Below, in pieces: positions 1-9,320 of a stretch of 64,000 nucleotides of DNA. The stretch is from Bradymonadia bacterium. Lineage in GTDB: Bacteria; Myxococcota_A; Bradymonadia; UBA7976; UBA1532. The stretch's first letter is position 1. Each line of letters opens with the position of its first letter. Where the stretch lies: positions 1,125 through 65,124 of the forward strand of contig JBILLN010000005.1 of NCBI GenBank assembly GCA_044376085.1, written 5' to 3'. Both the position numbers and the translations under genes were made by a program. The notes below the pieces were generated by a model, which saw nothing but the letters and a program-made list of their open reading frames with translations, was not told the DNA's origin and did no database searches.

Positions 1-1
1 G

Positions 2-118
2 CTCCGGGAATCGGCCCGGCTCTTGAGATCAGCGCTGGCATTCGAACCGGACAACGACCATTTCCGTCACGCGCTCGACCACGTCACCTACCGCCTCTCC
101 GTCGGCGAGGGCGATTGA
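2..118 (+). CDS. Partial C-terminus of a hypothetical protein; the 5' end lies outside the window
   Basis: Frame 2 is open from the window edge to TGA at 116-118. It translates to LRESARLLRSALAFEPDNDHFRHALDHVTYRLSVGEGD. It is absent from the ORF track because there is no Met inside the window. Confidence 0.3.
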   Translation, partial: LRESARLLRSALAFEPDNDHFRHALDHVTYRLSVGEGD

Positions 119-137
119 CGACTGCGGATCGCGCGGG

Positions 138-908
138 TCAGAACCGACTCGTGTAACCGATCGCACCGCCGCCCGGCACCATGCCGACGTCGATGCGCCC
201 GGCACCGGCCGAGTCCGCGTCGGCACGCCACCACAGAAAAACCGCCGTTCCAGCGGCGGCCGCCGCGGCCCCGAAACAGACATCCGCCACGAGCGCCCGA
301 GACTCTGCCGTGTCCTTGTGCTTCTGGGCGTCCCGCCGAATCTCCGCATCCCGGGCCGCCTGAGCCTCGCTCAGCGCCTGGAAGCCCATGACAGCGCCGC
401 CCGCCAGCGCGGCCACACCGACCCCCGCGGCGATCCAGGGCCATGGCCCAGGCCCCCGCTCGATGGTTTCGACCTCGACGGGCGCTTCGTCCGCCACGAC
501 CGTCGGCGCCTGGGCGACCGGCTCAGCACCGAGTTGCCGGACCTTGTGGATTACGGCCGTTTCGTCGGCGGGCTGCGTGGCGAGATAGGCGCGGTACCAT
601 TCCACGGCGCCCGGAATGTCCCCCATGCGCTCCCGGCTGCGCGCGACGTTGAAGAGCATGTCGCGGTGACGGGTCAGCGTGTGCGCCTTCTGGAACGCCT
701 GGGCGGCCGCCTCGAAGCGTCCGGCCCGGTAGTGACCGAGGCCGTCGAAGAAGACCGACTCGGCCTCGTCCAGCGTCTTCTGGTCGAGGGCACCGATTTC
801 GCGAATGTCCGTGAGTTCGGCAACGCTCACCGGCGCGCCCGGCGCTGCCTGCGCCGCATGGGTCACCGTGAGAAGGATGCAGAGGCTCGTGGAGAGTCGT
901 GCTTTCAT
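138..908 (-). CDS. Secreted TPR-like protein with a C-terminal single-pass membrane anchor
   Basis: ATG at 908 gives MKARLSTSLCILLTVTHAAQA, a signal peptide. A TPR-like helical hairpin follows, then a C-terminal hydrophobic helix WIAAGVGVAALAGGAVMGF. The start overlaps the upstream stop by 4 nt (ATGA). The track ORF 138..1283 is a 5' over-extension. Confidence 0.7.
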   Translation of the reverse strand: MKARLSTSLCILLTVTHAAQAAPGAPVSVAELTDIREIGALDQKTLDEAESVFFDGLGHYRAGRFEAAAQAFQKAHTLTRHRDMLFNVARSRERMGDIPGAVEWYRAYLATQPADETAVIHKVRQLGAEPVAQAPTVVADEAPVEVETIERGPGPWPWIAAGVGVAALAGGAVMGFQALSEAQAARDAEIRRDAQKHKDTAESRALVADVCFGAAAAAAGTAVFLWWRADADSAGAGRIDVGMVPGGGAIGYTSRF

Positions 909-3900
909 TCGCAGGACTCCAGCACGCCACAGGTCGCGCCGGCCTGGCCGGAGCGCCGGCAGCACCCGAAGAGGGCAGAGACGCCGTCGGCGCCCGCGGA
1001 CGCTCCCTCCCCGCACGCTTCTCGCTGTCCGCCGGCGCCCCCGAGCCCGGGCGTTCCGGGGAAGAGGGCGTCGGGGGCCACCGCATCGGCGTCGAGCACG
1101 TTCCCTTCGTAGTCCTGGAACACGACACTCGACTCGGCCACCGTGTACAACTGCATGCTCACGGGATCGCGTCCTGGCGGGGCCACCCGGAACACGGGGA
1201 ACGACGGTCCGCCGGCGCCGCCGCCGGCGTGGCCACCGCAGCCACCCTTGCCGCCATTTCCGCCATCGCCTCCCGTCCCACACGTCGCGCAGTCCGCAGC
1301 GCGAAGCCCCTTCTGACCGAACGCGGCTCCGGCCTCTCCTTCGGCACCGCTTCCGCCCACGCCGCCGTCTCCGCCCGACGCGCTCCGAATGGTGCTGTTG
1401 ATGACCGTGACGTGCCCACCGACGATGAAGAGGCCGAACGAACCGCCTCCGCCGAAGGCGCCGTTACCGCCCTGCCCACCGCACCCGCCGGCACCACCGC
1501 CGCCACCACCACCGCCCTTGGTCGTCGGCAGACCGGGCCCGCGGCCGCCGCCGCCACCGCCACCACCGCCGCCGCCCGGCGAGCCGTTGCCCGCCCCCTG
1601 CGATTGACGAGGCTGCCAGACGAGCGGAATCGTCGTCCCATTGAACACCAGGTCGAGCACCATGCCCTCCGCGTTCGCCGGCCCGGAGTTCTCGCCATGG
1701 GCGCCCGCCTGGCCCGGCGTCCCTTGATTGCCCGGCTGGCCATCGGCCCCGGCCGGACCGCCGATGCCGTCCGGTGCGGCGGCCGCTTGCCCGTCCCCGC
1801 CGGCGGTGGCGGCTCCGTTCCCGGCAGCAGAGCCGGCACCGTTGCCGCCATCGCCGCCCTCGGTGTTCGCCGGGCAACCGGGATTCTGGCCGCCTGCACC
1901 GCCGACCCCGGGCTGATTGACGGCATCCGCGTTGGCACCGCGGGTCCCGGGCCGAGCGCTGACGCCAGAGCTGCCGTTGCCGCCGTCCCGTCCGGCCGCT
2001 CCCTGCCCGCCGCGGACCTCCACGTCGCGCAAAGTCAGGTGGGTCCCCGCGCTCAGGACATGGATGCCAATCGAGTTCTGCGATGCGTCGGCCGCGTTGC
2101 CGGCGGCCACGACGACGTTGTCCAGCAGCGTCGCGCGATTCAGGTTGCGGTAGCGGAGGACGATCGACGGACCCGTGATCCGCGTCTCGTTCTCTTCCTT
2201 CGCCGCGCGGCTCCAGGCGCGCGTCGCGATGTTGTAGCGGTAGCCGCCATGGATCCGCACGCCGGCCGGAATCTCGAGGGTCGCCGGCAGGTCATAGACA
2301 CCCGCGTCGAGGAGAATCGGTCGATTCAGCTGGTTGGCGGCCACGGAGACGGCGGCCGTCAACGTCCGATAGGGGTTGTCGATGCCGCCCGTGCCGGGTG
2401 GATCCTCGTTGGGATCGTGGCCCTCGACCGCCGACACGAAGATCGCGACGTCCTGGTCACCGTCGACGTTGTCGCAGTTCGAGTCGACGAACTCCGGATC
2501 GGGCTCGTCCGACTCGCCGCGGTTGCACTCGCAGCCGTTCTCCGTGACCCGGTCGTGGTTTTCGAAGTTCCCGGTGCACTCGTCGATTTCACACGCCCCG
2601 GCGACGCAGATCGAAACGGCGTTGGCGAGGGCGCAGCGGTTGCCGCAGACGCCGCAGTTCTCCACGTCGGAGAGCGTGTCGAAGTCCTCGTCCGCTTCGC
2701 CGTCGCAGTCGTTGTCGAGGTTGTCGCACACCTCGGGGACCGAGCCGCCGGCGACTGCTCCGCAGACGACATCATCGCGGGAGTCGGGCTTGCAGATGAG
2801 TTGACCGCTGCGTTCGCACAGGCCGATGCCGACCATGCAGGGCTGACCGATGGACTCGTACCCATTGTCGTTCTGCCCATCGCAGTCGCCGTCGATGGCA
2901 TCCCCACACAGCTCCCGTCCAGCCGCGCCGCCGGCGATCGGCTGACCTTGCGCATCTTCGCAGCGCGTCTGCTGTACGTTGGCCGGATCGCACTGTTCGG
3001 TCCCGGTGACCGCACACGCACCGACGCCCCCGCCGCACTCCTGGCCGATCGGGAACGTCTCGTCGATCTCTCCGTCGCAGTCGTTGTCCCGGCCGTCGCA
3101 GGCTTCTTCGCCTGGCGAGCCGGCCATCGCGCTGCAGGTGGTTCCCGTGCCGTCGGGCGAGCAGACCTGCGTGCTGACGCGCAGGCACTCACCGACACCG
3201 GCGCTGCACTCGATGCCGACCTCGAAGTCCTCGTCGGTTTCGCCGTCGCAGTCGTTGTCGCGCCCGTCACAGGTTTCCGCCGCCGTGCCGGGCTCGGTCA
3301 CCGGAGCTTCCGTCTCGGGGTCCAGACAGGGTCCCCAGACACCGCGCGTCTTGCCGGAATCGACCTGACAGACCTTGATCCCGGACGCGCAATCGCCACG
3401 CCCGGCGCCGCAGGCACGGGTCTCACCGGCGCCTGCGCCGTCGAGCCCGCAGCATTCGAGATCCTGGCCGTCGTCTTCGTCACCGTCGCAGTCGTTGTCG
3501 AGGCCGTCGCAAACCTCGACGCTCGGCTGCCCCGGTGTCGCGTTGCAGGCGACGCCCCCCCCCTGGCAGACGAAACGGCCCTGTCGCTGGCAGACGCCGT
3601 CCCCGACCGAACAGACGTCGCCGACCCGGTTGCCGTCGGCATCCTGGATGTTCTCGTCCTTCTCGCCGTCGCAGTCGTTGTCTTGGCCGTCGCAGGTCTC
3701 GAGCGTCCCCTCGATTCCCTCCTGCCAAGCGGTGTTGCAGGCACCGTCCTTCCCTTTGAAGTCCAGCGTGCCGCCCTCCGAGAAATTCACATCGGGCTGC
3801 TGCAGTTTGAACAGGCAGAACTGCTCCGCGCGGCAGTTGGTGTCACTCGCCCCGTCCGCAGACGGGGGGATCGAATTGGCACCGCCGCAGAGATCCGCCG

Positions 3901-4303
3901 TCGCGCCCTCCGAAAGGAACAGGAGTTCGGCGCGGATCTTGTGTCCGACGGGGAGGTCGAGCTCTGCCGTGGTGGGGTCCGTCGGGGCGATCTTCCCCTC
4001 GGACCACTTGAGCGGCACGTAGTAGGGCGGCGTCTCCGGGGCCTGCACGTCGACGATGATCAGACACGCGTTGACCGGCAGATCGGGCACCTTCTCGGTC
4101 AGCGTGGCCCGACAGGTCGACTTGAGATTGCCGCTCGCGGCGGTCACGTTGCCGCTGGCATCACCGAGGCAGGCCTTGAGATTGAAGTTCAGGTCGACCA
4201 GCGACACTTTCGTCTTCGTCTCTCCGCAGCCGGACACCGAGAAGGCGATCAGCGAGAGGAGGCCGAAAACTCGGGCATGGGATGAACGGATCGCGCCGCG
4301 CAT
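905..4303 (-). CDS. Giant lipoprotein (1133 aa): tandem MopE-like putative metal-binding Cys repeats (CDGxDNDCDGE), a right-handed beta-helix-like segment and a long Gly-rich low-complexity region
   Basis: ATG at 4303 gives MRGAIRSSHARVFGLLSLIAFSVSGC, a lipobox. The C-D-G-x-D-N-D-C-D-G-E motif occurs at least six times. The gene has a beta-helix-like NxxG/hydrophobic ladder and a GGGGGGGGGGG tract. The antisense ORF 899..4285 is a shadow. Confidence 0.8.
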   Translation of the reverse strand: MRGAIRSSHARVFGLLSLIAFSVSGCGETKTKVSLVDLNFNLKACLGDASGNVTAASGNLKSTCRATLTEKVPDLPVNACLIIVDVQAPETPPYYVPLKWSEGKIAPTDPTTAELDLPVGHKIRAELLFLSEGATADLCGGANSIPPSADGASDTNCRAEQFCLFKLQQPDVNFSEGGTLDFKGKDGACNTAWQEGIEGTLETCDGQDNDCDGEKDENIQDADGNRVGDVCSVGDGVCQRQGRFVCQGGGVACNATPGQPSVEVCDGLDNDCDGDEDDGQDLECCGLDGAGAGETRACGAGRGDCASGIKVCQVDSGKTRGVWGPCLDPETEAPVTEPGTAAETCDGRDNDCDGETDEDFEVGIECSAGVGECLRVSTQVCSPDGTGTTCSAMAGSPGEEACDGRDNDCDGEIDETFPIGQECGGGVGACAVTGTEQCDPANVQQTRCEDAQGQPIAGGAAGRELCGDAIDGDCDGQNDNGYESIGQPCMVGIGLCERSGQLICKPDSRDDVVCGAVAGGSVPEVCDNLDNDCDGEADEDFDTLSDVENCGVCGNRCALANAVSICVAGACEIDECTGNFENHDRVTENGCECNRGESDEPDPEFVDSNCDNVDGDQDVAIFVSAVEGHDPNEDPPGTGGIDNPYRTLTAAVSVAANQLNRPILLDAGVYDLPATLEIPAGVRIHGGYRYNIATRAWSRAAKEENETRITGPSIVLRYRNLNRATLLDNVVVAAGNAADASQNSIGIHVLSAGTHLTLRDVEVRGGQGAAGRDGGNGSSGVSARPGTRGANADAVNQPGVGGAGGQNPGCPANTEGGDGGNGAGSAAGNGAATAGGDGQAAAAPDGIGGPAGADGQPGNQGTPGQAGAHGENSGPANAEGMVLDLVFNGTTIPLVWQPRQSQGAGNGSPGGGGGGGGGGGRGPGLPTTKGGGGGGGGAGGCGGQGGNGAFGGGGSFGLFIVGGHVTVINSTIRSASGGDGGVGGSGAEGEAGAAFGQKGLRAADCATCGTGGDGGNGGKGGCGGHAGGGAGGPSFPVFRVAPPGRDPVSMQLYTVAESSVVFQDYEGNVLDADAVAPDALFPGTPGLGGAGGQREACGEGASAGADGVSALFGCCRRSGQAGATCGVLESCE
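2690..3700 (-). repeat. Five or more dispersed near-identical ~15-25 nt DNA repeats (plus strand gtcgcagtcgttgtc) that encode the DNDCDG core of the MopE-like repeats
   Basis: Copies at approximately 2702-2716, 3074-3088, 3245-3259, 3485-3499 and 3668-3682. A variant copy lies near 2880. Confidence 0.7.
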
Positions 4304-4308
4304 GGAAC

Positions 4309-5466
4309 TCACTCGACCTTGAAAAGCGTGGGCGCCCATCGATCGACGACGGGCTGGGCGTCGGCCGGCTTCACGGCCTGCCCGAAGCGGGCCTGCCAGA
4401 ACTGCTCGAGGACGGCGCGATGAGCATCTGCGCCGACCGGAACCGGGTACACGTCCTGTTCGATCGCGCTGTCACGGTAGGTGATGAGCGTCAGCTGCGC
4501 CTGTCCGGCGGTGCCTGGTTCGAGGTATCCGGCGACGAGCACGCGAACACCGAAACGCTCCGCCGCGTCGAACATCACCTCGGTCAGGTAGTCCTCGCTC
4601 GACGCGTCCGGCCCCGTGAAGACAATCTCCGCGAGCGGTTCGTACTCTTCCTTCCGGTTCTTGGCCTCGGTCAGTTTCGCTCGGACGGACTCGCTGGCGC
4701 CGTTCTTCAGGTTCACCAACGTCCCCCAACGGGCAAACCCCGCCTTGCGGACCTCGACGAGATGCGGCCCGGCGGGCAGGAAGGGGTCGACGAACGCCAC
4801 GTCCCGACCGACGACACCCGTCGGTCGGTCGTCCACGTAGACGTGGGCGCCGTCGACCTCGGCGGTGACCCTGAGTTCGGCCGTTCCGGCGATGGTCGTC
4901 GTGCCGCACTTGTCCGCGAGGGGCTCGAACTGCTCGATGGGACCCGCGCTGCCGGCGAGATTGCGGGTCAGCGCCACGTAGGCGCAGTAGGCCTCCCGGG
5001 CCGGCTCCTCCTGCCCCCCGGCCAGCCGGGCGAGGTAGTAGTAGAAGAAGATGCCGCGGAGGAGACCGTGGTCCGTCGCGTACGGAATCCCCTTATTGTA
5101 GAAGCGCTCCGCTCGGAACAACTGCTCCTGCGCTTCGTCGGCGTCTCCCTTTTCCAGCGCCCGCTGCGCGTCGTTGAAGTGGCGGCGAGCGGTCTCGAGA
5201 TCGGCTTTGCTGAGCCGTCCGACGTCGTACCGGAACTCGATGGACTTGGCCCGCGGAGCAGTGGGCTTCAACGTGTGCGCGTGATCGAACATGTTCCGGA
5301 GGTCACGTTCGATGCGCGCGGCGGTGACCGCATCCGTCCCTCGACGAGCGAAGACGAGCGCGGTCGCGCTTTCCTCCGCGGCCATCGCATCCGGCGCGAA
5401 GCCACCGATCGACCAGACGATTGCGGCAACGCACAGCCGCGCGAATCGGACGGACAGGCGTGTCAC
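4309..5466 (-). CDS. Secreted PEGA-domain protein
   Basis: GTG at 5466 gives VTRLSVRFARLCVAAIVWSIGGFAPDAMA, a signal peptide. A PEGA-like block (GAHVYVDDRPTGVV...GPHLVEVRKAGF) is present. GTGA overlaps the upstream stop. The track ORF 4309..6720 over-extends through the TolB-like gene in another frame. Confidence 0.65.
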   Translation of the reverse strand: MTRLSVRFARLCVAAIVWSIGGFAPDAMAAEESATALVFARRGTDAVTAARIERDLRNMFDHAHTLKPTAPRAKSIEFRYDVGRLSKADLETARRHFNDAQRALEKGDADEAQEQLFRAERFYNKGIPYATDHGLLRGIFFYYYLARLAGGQEEPAREAYCAYVALTRNLAGSAGPIEQFEPLADKCGTTTIAGTAELRVTAEVDGAHVYVDDRPTGVVGRDVAFVDPFLPAGPHLVEVRKAGFARWGTLVNLKNGASESVRAKLTEAKNRKEEYEPLAEIVFTGPDASSEDYLTEVMFDAAERFGVRVLVAGYLEPGTAGQAQLTLITYRDSAIEQDVYPVPVGADAHRAVLEQFWQARFGQAVKPADAQPVVDRWAPTLFKVE

Positions 5467-6602
5467 GGGGCGTCCGCCTTCAGATCGGCCAGCGTCAGGG
5501 TGACCAGGTACAGGCGTTCCCAGGTCTTGTCGGTCGACCCCTTCTGCCCGAGCGCCTTGAAGGCCAGCATGACCCGGTCGCCCTTGCCGAACGCCGAGAC
5601 ATCTCCGTTGAGCTGGGTACCGGTGTCGATGGTGCCGTGCGCCGAACCATCGGCCCGGACCCACTTGACCGGGTTGTCCGCCTTGAAGTCCTGCTGAACG
5701 AAGAAGACCGACGCCGAGTCGGGGGCCCAGGCCGGTCCGCCCGACTCGTCGACCACGACGTTGCTGGCGAGCTTCTTGGCGTTCTGGCCGGTCGAGTCGA
5801 CGACCCAGAGATCGAAGACCTTGTCGGACCGGGTGTCCTTGTTGGCGTAGAACGCGATGAGGCGTCCGTCCGGGGACCAGCTCGGCCGAATCTCGTCGCC
5901 CGGCCACTCCGTCACCATGCGGAGGGTCTCCTGCGGCTTGCCGGTGTCCTGGATGACGCCGATGTCCTGCCCTTTGCTGCCGCTCTGGGCACGGGTAAAC
6001 ATCAGGGTCCGGCCGGTCGGGGCGAACTTCGGGTGGAACTCCGTCGCCGTCGGCCAGAACGTCAGCCGAATGGGCGTCGCGTCTCCCTGCAGATCGATCG
6101 CGTAGATATCGCCCGAATCCTTCTGCTGGGAAGCGTAGGCGATGTAACGGCCATCCTTGGACCACGAGGGCTGCCCGTCGTTCCCCGGGTTCTTCGTCAG
6201 CCAGTCGCCGTCCGCGAAGAGGTCGAAGTTCTTGTTCGCGCCGCGGCTGGAGAAGACGTACGGCCGGCTCAGCAGCTTCATGTTCGGCGCCCACTCGAAC
6301 TCGACCACCGGCGGCTTGCGACCGCCGAGGAGATCCGCCGCCTGAGCCCGACCGGCCGAGACCTCGGTCGCATCGCCATCTCGTCGACCATCGGCGGTCA
6401 GGCGCAGAATCCACGTCTCGCGCGTGTCCTTGCTGGGGTCGTAGACCTCGTAGGCGATCTGACTCCCGTCCGGGGCCCAGCGCGGCGCCTGGCAGTGGGC
6501 CGACGGGCGGTCGGCGATCTGCTTGGGCGTGCTGACCTCGGCGCCGGCCATGGCCGGCGCGAGCACGAGAGAGCTGATGAAAAGCGTCTGGGACTTCGTC
6601 AC
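5463..6602 (-). CDS. TolB-like periplasmic beta-propeller protein (PD40/WD40-like repeats)
   Basis: Repeated SWSPDGRLIAF, SWSKDGRYIAY and WAPDGSQIAY motifs. The N-terminus has a signal peptide, TKSQTLFISSLVLAPAMA. The proposed GTG start at 6602 makes a 4-nt GTGA overlap with the upstream stop. The start is uncertain. Confidence 0.65.
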   Translation of the reverse strand: MTKSQTLFISSLVLAPAMAGAEVSTPKQIADRPSAHCQAPRWAPDGSQIAYEVYDPSKDTRETWILRLTADGRRDGDATEVSAGRAQAADLLGGRKPPVVEFEWAPNMKLLSRPYVFSSRGANKNFDLFADGDWLTKNPGNDGQPSWSKDGRYIAYASQQKDSGDIYAIDLQGDATPIRLTFWPTATEFHPKFAPTGRTLMFTRAQSGSKGQDIGVIQDTGKPQETLRMVTEWPGDEIRPSWSPDGRLIAFYANKDTRSDKVFDLWVVDSTGQNAKKLASNVVVDESGGPAWAPDSASVFFVQQDFKADNPVKWVRADGSAHGTIDTGTQLNGDVSAFGKGDRVMLAFKALGQKGSTDKTWERLYLVTLTLADLKADAP

Positions 6603-7393
6603 GGGCGTTCCCTCGCGGCCTGAAGGACGACACTGGCGCGCTGATCGACCTTCGTCTGGTCGTCCTCGGCCAACAGGAAAAAGGCGGCGACACCCGCCGC
6701 GATCGCCACACCACCGGCAATCCCGGCGTACAGCCATACGTTGCTTCCGCCGTCGCTCTCCCGCTTCACGACCTGGAGGAAGAGCTCCACGGTCGGTTGC
6801 GGCTCCCCCTGGGCGAGCGCGAAGGGCACGTTGTTGGCGGTGTAGTCTCCGTATGGAAGATAGATGGTCGTCGGGACCTGGACGTCCGTCGACCGAAAGC
6901 GCTCACGAATGGAGAGGAAGGTCTGCTTCTTCTCCTTGTTGATGATGCCCGTCTTGGCTTCGAGGAAGACGCGGCCCTCCGTATTGGTCTCGCCGGCCGC
7001 GGCCTTGATGGTCACGCCACCGTAGAGGCCCTGCATCTCCTGCTGCCACTCCTCGACCATCTTCTGCTTCCGGGCGTCTTCGCCGGCGAGTGCCTTGGCC
7101 TTCTCGGCCATCGCGAAGGCCGTCTCGAGGACGAGCAGTTTGTAGGCGGCCCGGCCGCGATAGTAGACCGTCGTGAAGTCCGCATCGCCGCCCTTCATCT
7201 TGTAGGCCCGGTCGAGCTGACTCTTGGACTGCGGGAAGCGGTCCTTCTTGAAGTAGAGGATGCCCTGCTCGCGAACCTCCTCGAAGCTGGAGGCCGCGGG
7301 GGCCTCCTCGGCGGCCTCCTGCGCCCGGGCCGGAAGCGCCGGCAGCAAGGCGCTGCCCACACTCGCGACGGTCGCCAGGTAAAAACCTCTCAT
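6599..7393 (-). CDS. Secreted protein with a C-terminal single-pass anchor, similar in architecture to the protein at 138..908
   Basis: ATG at 7393 gives MRGFYLATVASVGSALLPALPARAQE, a signal peptide. The C-terminus has a hydrophobic helix WLYAGIAGGVAIAAGVAAFFLL. ATGA overlaps the DppF-like stop. Confidence 0.6.
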   Translation of the reverse strand: MRGFYLATVASVGSALLPALPARAQEAAEEAPAASSFEEVREQGILYFKKDRFPQSKSQLDRAYKMKGGDADFTTVYYRGRAAYKLLVLETAFAMAEKAKALAGEDARKQKMVEEWQQEMQGLYGGVTIKAAAGETNTEGRVFLEAKTGIINKEKKQTFLSIRERFRSTDVQVPTTIYLPYGDYTANNVPFALAQGEPQPTVELFLQVVKRESDGGSNVWLYAGIAGGVAIAAGVAAFFLLAEDDQTKVDQRASVVLQAARERP

Positions 7394-8418
7394 CCGGTGG
7401 CCTCCTTCGCCTCGGCGGCAAAACACGCGACCCAATGCGTCGGTCCCAGGGAAACCGGACGCGGTCGCTCGTTCGAACAACGGCTCAGAATGCCCAATCG
7501 GGCGCCGAGTTGGCAATCGGCGGCGTGCACGCATCCGCCAGTGGTCAGCCCGCTGCGCTCGGCCGGGTCGAACGGTCGCGGCGCTGCGGCCGCGGACTCG
7601 CCGCCGGTCGAATGGCGCCCCTCCTCGAGAAGGTCCGCCGCCCGCATGAGCTTGTGGGTGTAGGGGTGATGGAACGCCGCGTGCCCCAGCTCGGCAGCGG
7701 GCACTTCCTCGATGATCCGCCCCTTCAACATGACCAGCACCCGCTCGCTGATCTTCCGGACCAGACCGAGGTCGTGGCTGATCAGCAGATAGGCGAGATC
7801 GGGGTCTTTCAGGGTCTTGAGAAGCTCCACCATCTGCTGCTTGATCGCAGCGTCGAGGCCGGACGTCGGTTCATCGGCGACGATGAGCTTCGGCCGAGTC
7901 GCGAGAATGCGAGCGAGTCCGACCCGCCGACGCTCGCCGCCGGACAGACTCGCGGGGCGCTGCTCGGCCCGCGCCGAGAGACCGACGCGACCGAGAAGCT
8001 CCATGGCCTGTGCCGTCCGCCCGTTTGCGTCGAGCTCGGGCCGATGGAGCCGCAGCGACTCGTCCATCATCTCCCGGACCGTCATCTTCGGGTGCAGGTT
8101 GGCGCTCTGGTTCTGGAAGACCATCTGGAATTCGCGGCGGAGCGCGCGCAGCGCCTGGCTCGAAGCACGAAAGACGTCCTGACCATCGAACAGGACCGAG
8201 CCGGCATCCAGCGTCGTCAAGCGCAAGAGCACCTTGCCGAGCGTCGTCTTGCCACTGCCGGACTCCCCGATCAGCGCGACGACCTCGCCCTTGAAAATGT
8301 CGACGTCAACCCCGTCGATGGCGCGGTTCAGCGTCTTGCGCCGAAGGAGCCCCTCGCCGCCGAAGGTCTTCACGAGGCCACGTCCGACCACGAGGGGGAT
8401 GCGCTGCTCGACGGTCAC
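7390..8418 (-). CDS. Oligopeptide/dipeptide ABC transporter ATP-binding protein (DppF/OppF-like)
   Basis: Walker [10 protein letters not shown], signature LSGGERRR and Walker B LIVADEPTSGLD are present. GTG at 8418 overlaps the DppD-like stop as GTGA. The track ORF is over-extended at the 5' end. Confidence 0.85.
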   Translation of the reverse strand: MTVEQRIPLVVGRGLVKTFGGEGLLRRKTLNRAIDGVDVDIFKGEVVALIGESGSGKTTLGKVLLRLTTLDAGSVLFDGQDVFRASSQALRALRREFQMVFQNQSANLHPKMTVREMMDESLRLHRPELDANGRTAQAMELLGRVGLSARAEQRPASLSGGERRRVGLARILATRPKLIVADEPTSGLDAAIKQQMVELLKTLKDPDLAYLLISHDLGLVRKISERVLVMLKGRIIEEVPAAELGHAAFHHPYTHKLMRAADLLEEGRHSTGGESAAAAPRPFDPAERSGLTTGGCVHAADCQLGARLGILSRCSNERPRPVSLGPTHWVACFAAEAKEATG

Positions 8419-9320
8419 GACGCCACCTCCCCGACCGGCAGATCGGCGGCCGCGAGCAGCGTCGCGGTATAGGGGTGGCGTCGGCCCTGCCCGTTCTTGA
8501 GGTCCTCCGCGGAGACGACCTCGACGATGCGACCGTGCCGCATCACGATGATCTCCCGCGCCAAGAACAACACCTCGCGAATGTCGTGGGAGATGTACAT
8601 CATCGCCCGTCGCTCGGCCGCCAGGAGCTCCTGAAAGAGTTCGACGATCTCCTGCCTCACGGTCGTGTCGAGGCCTGTCGTCGGCTCGTCGGCGATGAGC
8701 AGCCGCGGCTGGCGCGCGAGCGCGATGGCGATCATGGCCCGCTGGCACATGCCCCCGGAGAGCTCGTGGGCATAACTCGCGTAGACCCGCGCCGGATCGT
8801 GGAGCTTGACCCGTGCCAGCCAGTCGAGTGACCGACCGCGGACCTCCGCGCGGCTTTGCCCCGGCGATGCCAACCGGACGGATTCGTCGAGCTGCGCACC
8901 GATGGTCATCAGCGGGTCGAGAGACTGCCGCGGATTCTGAAAGACCGCGGTCATCACCCGCCCCCAGAGCGGACGCCACCGACGCTGCACGAGACGATTC
9001 CACCGCCGATCGTCCTTTCGCACCGGACCGCGACTCGGCGTCGAAACGACCGACGGCAGGTCCGCGAGCAGGGACTCGCGCGAGTCGTCCAGCGTGAGGT
9101 CGATGCGGCCGGAAATCACGCCTGGACGGCCCGGTACGAGGCCGAGCACCGCCAGCGTCGAGAGGGTCTTCCCGCTTCCCGACTCACCCAGAATGCCGAG
9201 GACCTCCCCCTGCTGGACGGAGAAGCTCACCCCGTCGACGACCCGTCGACGGCCCGCACTGGTGTCGAACTCGATGACGAGGTCCGCCACCTCGAGCATG
9301 GGTGGGAGATGCTGCGTCAT
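8415..9320 (-). CDS. Oligopeptide/dipeptide ABC transporter ATP-binding protein (DppD/OppD-like)
   Basis: The protein starts [18 protein letters not shown]. Walker [17 protein letters not shown] and [12 protein letters not shown] are present. ATG at 9320 overlaps the permease stop as ATGA. Confidence 0.85.
   Translation of the reverse strand: MTQHLPPMLEVADLVIEFDTSAGRRRVVDGVSFSVQQGEVLGILGESGSGKTLSTLAVLGLVPGRPGVISGRIDLTLDDSRESLLADLPSVVSTPSRGPVRKDDRRWNRLVQRRWRPLWGRVMTAVFQNPRQSLDPLMTIGAQLDESVRLASPGQSRAEVRGRSLDWLARVKLHDPARVYASYAHELSGGMCQRAMIAIALARQPRLLIADEPTTGLDTTVRQEIVELFQELLAAERRAMMYISHDIREVLFLAREIIVMRHGRIVEVVSAEDLKNGQGRRHPYTATLLAAADLPVGEVAS

Noticed and set aside
905-980. MYXO-CTERM sorting signal at the C-terminus of the giant lipoprotein
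   Set aside because: The C-terminus ...SALFGCCRRSGQAGATCGVLESCE lacks the hydrophobic helix plus Arg cluster that follows the Cys in MYXO-CTERM.
899-4285. 1128-aa plus-strand ORF
   Set aside because: Antisense shadow of the giant lipoprotein gene. It has a low-complexity Arg/Ala/Gly composition, no motifs and no start context. This is typical of ~70% GC DNA.
4309-6720. 803-aa single minus-strand ORF
   Set aside because: Its 5' 420 codons are an out-of-frame overlap of the TolB-like gene (5463..6602). The real gene starts at GTG 5466, with its signal peptide right there.
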